A stretch of 64,000 bases of DNA. Source: Acidobacteriota bacterium. Its GTDB lineage: Bacteria > Acidobacteriota > UBA6911 > JACQSX01. Positions 29,202 to 36,809 of this stretch are shown one piece after another (position 1 is the first letter of the stretch; every line of letters starts with the position of its first letter). Location: the NCBI GenBank assembly GCA_036507075.1, contig DASXQR010000010.1, positions 1 to 64,000 of the forward strand, read 5' to 3'. The position numbers were made by a program, and so were the translations under genes. The notes beneath the pieces are model-generated. The model was not told the DNA's origin, searched no databases, and saw nothing but the letters and a program-made list of their open reading frames with translations.

Positions 29202-30247
29202 TCATCTCCGCGTCGCTGCCACCACGTCCCGAATCGCAGTAACCACGATGTCAGGCTGCGAGATCAGAATCTCATGGCCGCTGTGCCGGGCGATGACCTG
29301 CTTGCCGGCGCTCGATAGAGCCACCAACGCCGCCTGGTTTCTCTTGTGCTCATCTTCACTCACGCGGCCCTCCGGACCTTCATTTTCGGGAATCCCTCGC
29401 GACAGCACGATAAGCGGCATGTCGCCCAAGGGATGTTCCTTCTTGCCTTGCTGGGCGAGCATGGCCGCCAGCTCTTCACCTTCGAACGGGTTGTCATTGG
29501 TTGCCCAGTGCTTGATTTGCGAGAACGCCCATGCGCGCATGCGCTGGGCTTCGGCTGGAAGCTTGTTGCGTGGCGTGTCGTTCGCGTGCGGAGCCATCTG
29601 CCGGACAGCCGCTTCAATCTGACTTCGGATGTTCCCGGTAAGGTCGCTTTCGCGCAGTGGATCCGAGGTCTTGACCGCCGGGATGGGTCTTCCAGTTGCG
29701 GTCTCCACCAAGCGGACCATGCGGCTATCTCTGAAGACCGCCACACCACTTTCATGGCCACTCTCCTCGAGTACCATGCCACCGACCTCCGATGGATATG
29801 TGAAAGCGTAGAGGCGAGCCAATATGCCACCGTACGAGTGCCCCACAAGCACATAAGGAGGCCGAACGCCAGTCTTCTCGAGGACGGCATGCACTCCCAC
29901 ACGACCTGGCGCAACGTTCGTGGGCGTGGACCCAGGTCGCTCCAACCGAGCCCGGCGCGATCGTACGAACACACGCGCGCGAAGCGGGCGACTTCTGGCT
30001 GGACGAGACTCCAATCCACCGAGAAACCACCGGCCCCGGCTTCGAGGATGACAGTCGGCTGTGACGCGCTGACCTGGCCCGTGCAATTGAGGTGGACTCG
30101 CCACCCGCCGAGATCTACTAGCTGGCCGGGCGCAGAAATGGGTGGCGAACTGGGTGGTGTCTGGGCTGTCGCCGGCATCGAAACCCAGATGAGCAGAACG
30201 GCTGATATCGGCACCAGCAATCGACACCAAGCGAGCGTTTGTTGCAT
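29202..30247 (-). pseudogene. Secreted alpha/beta hydrolase with one frameshift near 29890
   Basis: YDRAGLGWS in ORF 29360..30247, then GHSYGG and SGHEI in ORF 29202..30230. Confidence 0.85.
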
Positions 30248-30278
30248 CTCACTCCCCTCTATCGAAACGATGTCGCGG

Positions 30279-30294
30279 CCTTAATTCGTTAGGC
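30279..30294 (-). other. Truncated attC (R'' half only)
   Basis: CCTTAATTCGTTAGGC identical to 26599-26614; no partner arm. Confidence 0.6.
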
Positions 30295-30528
30295 GTCTCC
30301 ACCGAACAGCTCTACAAGGAGACGTTCAGCTTCTTGAAGACCCTGTTCGGTGAACACAACTGATTTTGCCTTGCCGACAGGGTCTGAGATATATCCCTTT
30401 TCGTGAAGGCGCCTCATTGCATCCCAATCAAAGCCTTTCCACGCTCGATTATCTTCATGCAGCCCAAGAACGAGCAGCGCTAGAACTGCACGATCGATCT
30501 TGTCTGTATTGAGTTTCATTTCTTTCAA
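30289..30528 (-). CDS. DUF6429-like small winged-helix protein (cassette gene)
   Basis: RAWKGFDWDAM.RLHEKGYISDPVGKAKSVVFTE; stop in R'' box. Confidence 0.8.
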   Translation of the reverse strand: MKEMKLNTDKIDRAVLALLVLGLHEDNRAWKGFDWDAMRRLHEKGYISDPVGKAKSVVFTEQGLQEAERLLVELFGGDA

Positions 30529-30540
30529 TAAATGCCAGAT

Positions 30541-30634
30541 GCCTAACGCTCGCGGTCAGCCGCGGTGGGTGCGCTCGAGTGCGACTTCGCTGCTATCCCC
30601 CCGTCCCACTGGCGGCTGCACCGCGTCCTTGGGC
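30541..30634 (-). other. attC site with mutated R''
   Basis: GCCTAAC..CGCGGTCAGCCGC ... GCGGCTGCACCGCG TC CTTGGGC. Confidence 0.75.
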
Positions 30635-31243
30635 GGCAGCCAAGCCTTGCTGCGGAACCAATCGCCTATTGACCACATATTGCAAGTAGAAGATTCCAAA
30701 GAAGAACACCGCCATTACAGATAGGGGGGTCTGAGCCTGAATGCTCCTCAGCGGGCTCTGGGGATCCTGAATCCTCCTCAAATGGGACAAGTGAGACTCC
30801 AGAATACGGCTCACCTTGAAGCATTGTACGATCAAGGTGATCCCTGCAGTGAGTTGCAACAGTTTTGTTACAAGGTTGACGGATTGAGAGGCGTCAACCT
30901 CGCCAGCGCCCTCAAGAGCGCCTAAAAGCCAGTAAAGAATAAGGTTAATGCTGAGTATAACTATCGCGAACACGAATGGCCCAACTCCCACCTTCTCCTT
31001 CGCTTGGAGACTGTTGAATGCCCCACGTCGCGACAGGAACCAACAGGGATACTAAATGCTGGCCGTGATGATGACGAGCAAAATGGTCAACAGGATACTC
31101 TGTCTCCTTAGCGTCGGCGATTCCGTGTCAGTATTTGGGCCGGCGTGTGGTGCAAGTGGAGTGCTGTTATGAAGGGCTGTACCGCACTGCCCACAGTATT
31201 TCGTGCCGTCCTGGAGGCTGGCTCCGCAATGTGTGCAGTACAT
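30593..31243 (-). pseudogene. Zinc-ribbon plus membrane protein (DUF4234-like), internal stop at 31052
   Basis: MYCTHCG...KYCGQCG start; downstream FFFGIFYLQY motif in the same frame. Confidence 0.65.
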
Positions 31244-31270
31244 AGGTTCCTCCAACGATAGATTTCAGGC

Positions 31271-31320
31271 GTCCGATCGGCATCAGCGGCGCGGTTTGCC
31301 GTCTGCTGCATGCGTCAGGC
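31271..31320 (-). other. attC site, degenerate
   Basis: GGCATCAGCGGCGCGGTTTGCCGTCTGCTGCATGC GTCAGGC; same type as 25481 and 34175. Confidence 0.7.
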
Positions 31321-31680
31321 AGCACCCGATCGTGTGGTCGGAGGGTAGTATATCTCAACATTCTGACTGGCAATGTCGAGCGGCCCGAACAGGTTCTCAG
31401 CTACCGCTTTCGAAGTGTGAATGAGTTCGTCATAGGTGAGAATGCGCAGCCTTGGAATCTGACCCTGGAGCGTGACGGCTTCCAGCGATCATCGGCCGAA
31501 AGAGCCGCAGACCTGCCGATTACTATTAGTTAGCGATCTGGGATTGGCGGAGATGCCGGCCAGCCCGAGTTCTTGTTGCACGCTGGGAAGGTTGTCCTCA
31601 ATGAAAATGCGCCAGTCGATAATCTGATTGATTGCGTGAGTCAATTCCTCCCGGCTAGAAGGTCGGTTTCGGCCCACAGT
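31315..31680 (-). pseudogene. Shedu (SduA/DUF4263-like) nuclease C-terminal part, frameshifted
   Basis: ELTHAINQIIDW, LIVIGRS and LRILTYDELI across three frames; stop TGA lies in the attC R'' box. Confidence 0.72.
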
Positions 31681-32043
31681 GGGGCGAATTCAAGCTTCCA
31701 GTAGTCGCTTTGGAATTTGGGGTACACTTCGAGGGCTTGCCAGCCAACCTGCAGCTTGATAGCGCCTTTCGCGAGAAACTCGCGAGTTCGGTCAATGTTC
31801 CCGGCGGGGTCTGCAGGCACGATGATTCCCGACATGACGAGTTGCAGCTCGTTAGTGCAAGACACCAAGCAGGGAGGCCGAATCGGAGGAGGTGGAATGG
31901 AAATGCTTGGATCAAAATCGAGACTGGCCATGATTACCAGCATAATTGTCCGCTACGACCTCGGCACCGAGGGCGCTACCAAGATTCGAGCGGCGGCGAT
32001 CGACTCCGGCTTGACAGAACTGGCTCCGAAGTTCTCGAGCCTC

Positions 32044-32360
32044 TACATACATCGCCGTTTTGCGTGCTCTAAGTTCTTGCGGCAGACGTTTCACGAACAT
32101 GCAGAACAATCCATCAGCCAGTCCACTTGGGCACGAGCCTTCTATCAACTGCAAAAAGCAGAGGCAAGGGCTATCATGCAGCCGTTCGGGCGTTCGCTTT
32201 TAAATGGATCCGGATTATTTTTCACTGCTGGAAAGACAGCACCCTTTACAACGAGGAGCAGTACCTGCAGGCACTGCGTCGCAGAAACTCACCGCTGGTC
32301 CCGCTGCGGCAGGCGAGTGCTTAACTAAAAAAACTATTGACTAAAACACCTCAGATGTCT
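32044..32360 (+). mobile_element. IS110 family element: 3' transposase remnant and right end
   Basis: ACSKFLRQTFHE..WARAFY / AAVRAFAFKWIRIIFHCWKD..YNEEQYLQAL; end TTGACTAAAACACCTCAGATGTCT. Confidence 0.85.
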
Positions 32361-32377
32361 GGATGCAATTGTTAGGC
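32359..32377 (-). other. attC half interrupted by IS110
   Basis: CTGGATGCAATTGTTAGGC matches the CTG(C/T)ATGC..GTTAGGC arm of the other attCs. Confidence 0.7.
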
Positions 32378-32818
32378 GCGTCGTGAATATAGCATCCGGC
32401 CCCGTTCGCTGAACGTGAACCAGGTCAAATAGATCCCCAATAGCAAGCCACCAGGAAGATAGTAAACCTGTGCAGAACAAATATAGAACAGGAGCGATGA
32501 TTGCCATTCTAGATCGGCAATTGGGACTCGGCTGCTGTAAGTTTTAAGCTGCTTAAGTAGAGCAAGCGTCTGTAAGAATGGCAGCGCGATTCCAGCCCAC
32601 CTAACCCAGCCCTTGCGGCGCAGCAAGCCGCTGCCAATGACCAGCATGGGAAGAGGCGATGTAAACGCAATGACAAAGATCAGTAGTAAGGGTGTCTCGC
32701 CGCTTGCACCCTGGGAGTTCACCAATACCACAAAGAAGAGAAATAACCCAGCCAACAGACTGTAAACAAGGTAGCACTTGGCCAGTAGATTGTTATGCCA
32801 AATAGTATTACGGTTCAT
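32372..32818 (-). CDS. Hypothetical 4-TM membrane protein (cassette gene)
   Basis: Intact ORF between attC sites, stop in R'' box, lower GC than flanks. Confidence 0.65.
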   Translation of the reverse strand: MNRNTIWHNNLLAKCYLVYSLLAGLFLFFVVLVNSQGASGETPLLLIFVIAFTSPLPMLVIGSGLLRRKGWVRWAGIALPFLQTLALLKQLKTYSSRVPIADLEWQSSLLFYICSAQVYYLPGGLLLGIYLTWFTFSERGRMLYSRRA

Positions 32819-32886
32819 TTCAACACCGCCTCTTTTCCAGATCTCAGGATTAACTACTGTGCGTCAGGATATTGGTTAACAGAAGC

Positions 32887-32977
32887 GTCTAACGCCGAGG
32901 CATCAGCCGCGCGCCAGGAAAATCTGTCAGTCCAAGGGAATCGCGGTGGCGCGTCGGCTGCATGCCCGTGGTTAGCT
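32887..32977 (-). other. attC site (91 bp)
   Basis: GTCTAAC..GGCATCAGCCGCGCGCC ... GGCGCGTCGGCTGCATGCC..GTTAGCT. Confidence 0.88.
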
Positions 32978-32997
32978 GGCGTCTCACTAGGCACGTC

Positions 32998-33294
32998 TCA
33001 TGCCTGTACTAAATCCCATCTTCGAGCACGGGCGGTCAACGCTTCGACAAATTGCGGCCAGTCGTGTAACGTGGCTGGATCAAAGTCGGCGCCACTGGGC
33101 CAAACCAATGTGTGAACCTCAGGATCAATCCGAACCTGATTGAAGAGCGACAAGTCACGCAACGGTTTGTATAGCTCGCCTGCCAAAACCGGCTCCAAGT
33201 TGATCGTCTGCTCGGTATTGTCATCGAATTGGACACGCACCGTGTAGGGCGCCACGATTTCAAACGACTCGACACGATAGATTGGGTGAATCAT
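32998..33294 (-). CDS. DUF2442 family protein (putative antitoxin)
   Basis: V.FDD, F.QV.ID, TLVWPSGADFDPATL. Confidence 0.85.
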   Translation of the reverse strand: MIHPIYRVESFEIVAPYTVRVQFDDNTEQTINLEPVLAGELYKPLRDLSLFNQVRIDPEVHTLVWPSGADFDPATLHDWPQFVEALTARARRWDLVQA

Positions 33295-33304
33295 TGCTTA
33301 TCCG

Positions 33305-33574
33305 TTATTTGAGCGGGTCGATCGGTAAGGGCTTCCGGCCCACTTGCAACCTTTGCCAATCGGTGACTAATTCCGATTGGTGTAACTCCGCCCAAGCCTC
33401 AACTAAGCGTTGTTGCCGTTTGGGCAGTGAACCAGCGATCAACTCGATTGGATCAATGCTATAGATCCCCACACCCTCCTGATAGTACGCGTGAAAATGT
33501 GGTCTATGGTGTGGCGTCTCTGCCTCCGCATACATGCGAATAATGATACCGAAAAACCGGCTGATTTCTGGCAT
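33305..33574 (-). CDS. DUF4160 family protein (putative toxin)
   Basis: MPEISRFFGIIIRMY, H.PHFHA.Y, LVEAWAELHQ.EL, IDPLK. Confidence 0.9.
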   Translation of the reverse strand: MPEISRFFGIIIRMYAEAETPHHRPHFHAYYQEGVGIYSIDPIELIAGSLPKRQQRLVEAWAELHQSELVTDWQRLQVGRKPLPIDPLK

Positions 33575-33648
33575 GCACGCATCTTATTGTTCAATGAAAC
33601 GGCGAGAAACGCACTGGAAATCAATTGCCCGCCCAGGGACCGTGAGCC

Positions 33649-33733
33649 AGCTAACGCTCAGGCCCGCGCGCCAGGAAATCTATCAATCCCAGGGAATCGC
33701 GGTGGCGCGGCGGCTGCATGCCGGGGGTTAGGC
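33649..33733 (-). other. attC site (85 bp, one L box partly deleted)
   Basis: AGCTAAC..CCGCGCGCC ... GGCGCGGCGGCTGCATGCCGGG GTTAGGC. Confidence 0.8.
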
Positions 33734-33797
33734 GGTACAGCTGTCGAACAATCCCGGGCGTGATCAGCACGACATAAGAGCCAATCCGCCGTTCTGG

Positions 33798-34150
33798 TTA
33801 GGGTGTGTTAGTCCTTTGAATCCGAGTCAATCTCATGGACTTTGAAAACTCCAACATATAAATGGGCTCTCCGGTCTTCAGATTGCTTGTTTCAACGCCA
33901 GCTGGGGAAAAGACGACGAAGAGACCGTCACTATCGGGCGTGCTACTGTAGGCATCGTGTGGAACTGTTTCCTGGAAACTCTTGAAAGTCATACCCAACT
34001 GCAATGTCCTCCCGACCCATCGCTGTACGCGCCGGCGATGCTTGTAGAGAACGTAGATGCCCCGCATCCCACGCGGAAGAGCGTTAACGTTCTCCATTGG
34101 AACGAATTCTTCACGGCGCTTGAGCCGAAGTGGACTTATGATCGCTTTGA
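33798..34150 (-). pseudogene. Chimeric cassette remnant: GIY-YIG nuclease-like N-terminus fused to an unrelated C-terminus
   Basis: SPLRL...LPRGMRGIYVLYK without the following YVG motif; stop TAA inside CCCTAAC. Confidence 0.5.
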
Positions 34151-34174
34151 TTTTCTCAGCAACCTCTCAGAGCC

Positions 34175-34215
34175 GCCCAACGCCCGGCATCAGCGGCGGC
34201 GCGGTTTGCCGTCCG
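34175..34215 (-). other. Truncated attC (R' half)
   Basis: GCCCAAC GCCCGGCATCAGCGGCGGCGCGGTTTGCCGTCCG, then the arm is missing. Confidence 0.72.
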
Positions 34216-34353
34216 GGATTGAAGAGCTGCACAGATATCGGGCAAGCACACGGTGACGTGGAGAAGGCACCAGTACGCTTTGCCAGCACGACATCGGTTC
34301 ATGTCTTCCCAGTAGATAGTAAAGGCGGAAGACAGCGTTCCTTTCTGCAACAT
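34216..34353 (-). pseudogene. First cassette gene, 3'-deleted hypothetical protein
   Basis: GAGG RBS and ATG 16 nt after attI; LPDICAAL motif; runs directly into the broken attC. Confidence 0.55.
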
Positions 34354-34369
34354 CTAGTTCCTCAGCGCC

Positions 34370-34394
34370 GCCTAACTTTAAGTAAATGTCGCAA
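34370..34394 (-). other. attI site
   Basis: Minus strand ...GACATTTACTTAAA GTTAGGC; core site with no attC-type arm, AT-rich, located between intI and first cassette. Confidence 0.78.
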
Positions 34395-34423
34395 ATTATA
34401 AGGCTATTACGCCGTGTAATCAA
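34395..34423 (-). promoter_or_regulatory. Cassette promoter Pc (sigma70 type)
   Basis: TTGATT-N17-TATAAT on minus strand, pointing into attI. Confidence 0.72.
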
Positions 34424-34522
34424 CGTGGGACCCACAGTTCCAGTTGCAATCTATGAACGGATGCGGATAGATATACGGCGTGTGAAATTTTTTGGTGCCA
34501 GGCCTGGCGACGAAGTTTCTCT

Positions 34523-34738
34523 GTGCCTGAACTGCTGGAGCAGGCGCGCGATTTGATCCGCGTCAAACATTACAGTGTCGGGACCGATCAGGCGTACCTG
34601 CGATGGATCAGAGAATTCATAACGGTGCAGGAATTACTGGGGCACAAAGACGTCAGCACGACGATGATTTACACCCATGTTCTAAATAGAGGAGGGCATG
34701 GGGTTCGCAGTCCAATCGACTTAATTTCAAAGCTGTGA
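34523..34738 (+). pseudogene. intI: Integron integrase with large in-frame internal deletion (71 aa)
   Basis: [22 protein letters not shown] joined to [31 protein letters not shown], the two IntI termini. Confidence 0.93.
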
Positions 34739-34766
34739 TCCAAACATCATGTCCGGGGAGATTTCA

Positions 34767-36464
34767 ATGAAGAAGTATTACCGCCTGCTTGGCTTCCTGC
34801 TTGCATTTCCTGCCGTATTGGGCTTTCTTGGCGCGCCGGAGAAGAAGGTTTATCCCTATCGCTGGGTGCGCGTCAGCAGCGGGCTGAGAGACGATGCGGA
34901 AGTCGAGCGCGTCCGCAAGATTGTCCAGGCGGCCTCCGGGCACGGGCTGAACGGGATCGCGCTTTCGGCGGGCCTGGATCAGCTCGATATGAAGCAGCCC
35001 GAATATTTTCGACGACTGGAGCAAGTGCGGCAGATATGCGCCGAGGCCAAAGTCGACGTCATTCCGTCGTTCATGTCGGCCGGATACGGCGGAGCCGTCC
35101 TGGCACACGACAAGAACCTGGCCGCCGGGCTTCCGGTGCGCGACGCGCTGTTCGTTGTTCATGAAGGCAAGGCCGATTTTGCCGCCGATCCGGCGGTGAA
35201 TCTTGAAAACGGCGGTTTTGAAGGGACAAAAGAGGGGCTGCCCATGTCATGGCGTGTGGCCCAGCCCGGGACCGCCTCGATTGATACGGCTGTTTTTCAT
35301 GAAGGCAAATCCTCACTGCGATTCCACAATCTGGAAGATCCAAGACAGCCGGCGCGCGTCAGCCAGACGGCGCGGGTCCGCCCCCACCGCTGCTACCGGG
35401 TCAGCTTCTGGATCCGCACCGAAAGCCTCGGCGCGTCGGATCCTTTCGGCTCGGGCAACGTCCAGCTCGATGTGCTGGGAGGCGAGGAGAAACGCCCGCT
35501 TCAGTACGAAAATCCGCGTTTTCCCAACGACGATCAGTGGCACCGCGTCGCAGTCGGATTCAACAGTTGGGGATATGACAGGGCCGACATCTCGCCGAAA
35601 GTCCGGGGCAGCAAAGGCGGCACAGTCTGGATAGACGATTTGCGAGTCGAAGAAGCCGGCCTGGTTAATCTGCTGCGCCGCGCAGGGACTCCGCTCGTGG
35701 TCCGCGGCGAATCGAACAGCACCGTGTATGAAGAGGGGCGCGATTTTGCGCCGGTGTCTGACCAACGGCTGAATTTCCGATACGACCATGACGGGCCATC
35801 CATTCAGATTCTCCCGGGCAGCCGCATCGTGGAAGGAGAGCGCCTGCGCGTCAGTTTTTTCCACGGAACAAACATTTACAACGGCCAGACTCCGGTATGC
35901 ATGTCCGAGCCCAGGCTGTACGAAATCTGGCGCACCCAGGCGCGCCTGGTACATCAGGCGCTCGCGCCGGGAAAGTACCTTCTCAATATGGATGAGATCC
36001 GTACCGGAGGATCGTGCGAGGCGTGCAAAAAGCGAGGCGCGACGATGGGCCAGATCCTGGGCGACTGCCTCACAAAACAGGTCAATCTGCTGCGGGAAGT
36101 GAATCCGAAAGCGGAGATTTTTGTCTGGTCGGACATGCTCGATCCCAATCACAACGCCAATCCAAACAAGAAGTACTATTACCTGGCGGAAGGGATTTTC
36201 ACCGATTCATGGAAGCATGTCCCCAAAGACTTGAACATCGTCTGCTGGTATTACGAGAAACGGGCCGAGAGCCTGCGACATTTCTCGAACCTCGGCTTTC
36301 GCACCGTTGCGGGCGCGTATTACGACGCCGATAATCTCGACAACCCGCGCGGCTGGCTCGAATCGCTCGACGCGACTCCCGGAGCGGCGGGAATCATGTA
36401 TACCACCTGGTTGAACAAATACGATCTGCTGCCCGGGTTTGGCGATCTTGTTTCGGGCCGCTGA
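34767..36464 (+). CDS. Secreted putative glycoside hydrolase (GH20-like) with inserted CBM4/9-like module
   Basis: Signal peptide; NGGFE and VWIDDL module; MDEIR acidic pair, WSDML, VCWYY, MYTTW. Confidence 0.7.
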   Translation: MKKYYRLLGFLLAFPAVLGFLGAPEKKVYPYRWVRVSSGLRDDAEVERVRKIVQAASGHGLNGIALSAGLDQLDMKQPEYFRRLEQVRQICAEAKVDVIPSFMSAGYGGAVLAHDKNLAAGLPVRDALFVVHEGKADFAADPAVNLENGGFEGTKEGLPMSWRVAQPGTASIDTAVFHEGKSSLRFHNLEDPRQPARVSQTARVRPHRCYRVSFWIRTESLGASDPFGSGNVQLDVLGGEEKRPLQYENPRFPNDDQWHRVAVGFNSWGYDRADISPKVRGSKGGTVWIDDLRVEEAGLVNLLRRAGTPLVVRGESNSTVYEEGRDFAPVSDQRLNFRYDHDGPSIQILPGSRIVEGERLRVSFFHGTNIYNGQTPVCMSEPRLYEIWRTQARLVHQALAPGKYLLNMDEIRTGGSCEACKKRGATMGQILGDCLTKQVNLLREVNPKAEIFVWSDMLDPNHNANPNKKYYYLAEGIFTDSWKHVPKDLNIVCWYYEKRAESLRHFSNLGFRTVAGAYYDADNLDNPRGWLESLDATPGAAGIMYTTWLNKYDLLPGFGDLVSGR

Positions 36465-36755
36465 TTTGCGCGGAATTGCGCGGATTGATATCGGCCGCCG
36501 ATTTACGCGGAATTGCGCGGATTGATATCGGCCGCCGATTTGCGCGGACTGCGCGGATTGATATCGGCCGCCGATTTACGCGGAATTGCGCGGATTGATA
36601 TTGGCCGCCGATTTGCGCGGACTGCGCGGATTGATATCGGCCGCTGATTTGCGCGGACTGCGCGGATTGATATCGGCCGCCGATTTACGCGGAATTGCGC
36701 GGATTGATATCGGCCGCGGATTTGCGCGAAATGCGCGGATTGACATCAGGCCGCT
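36463..36755. repeat. Tandem repeat, 8 units of 36-37 bp, no spacers
   Basis: Unit GATTT(G/A)CGCGGA(AT/C)TGCGCGGATTGATATCGGCCGCC. Confidence 0.95.
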
Positions 36756-36809
36756 GCGCCTTGAAAACCACCGTCGCCTGCGGTAACCTCGACCCACTTG
36801 GAGAATTTG

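Larger units (their letters stand above)
24888..34738 (-). mobile_element. Chromosomal integron: defective intI, Pc, attI and minus-strand cassette array
   Basis: IntI remnant divergent from attI; repeated RYYYAAC...GTTRRRY palindromes between short co-oriented genes, several with stop codons in the R'' box. Confidence 0.92.

Noticed and set aside
31383..31390. attC core box GCCCGAAC
   Set aside because: Lies inside the Shedu-like reading frame (LFGP) and has no partner arm.
31717..32328. Single 203-aa plus-strand gene
   Set aside because: Only the part from about 32044 resembles IS110 transposase; the rest is antisense to cassette DNA.
36463..36755. CRISPR array (36-37 bp repeats, DinG gene nearby)
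   Set aside because: Units are contiguous with no unique spacers; no cas genes; the helicase looks like housekeeping DinG/YoaA.
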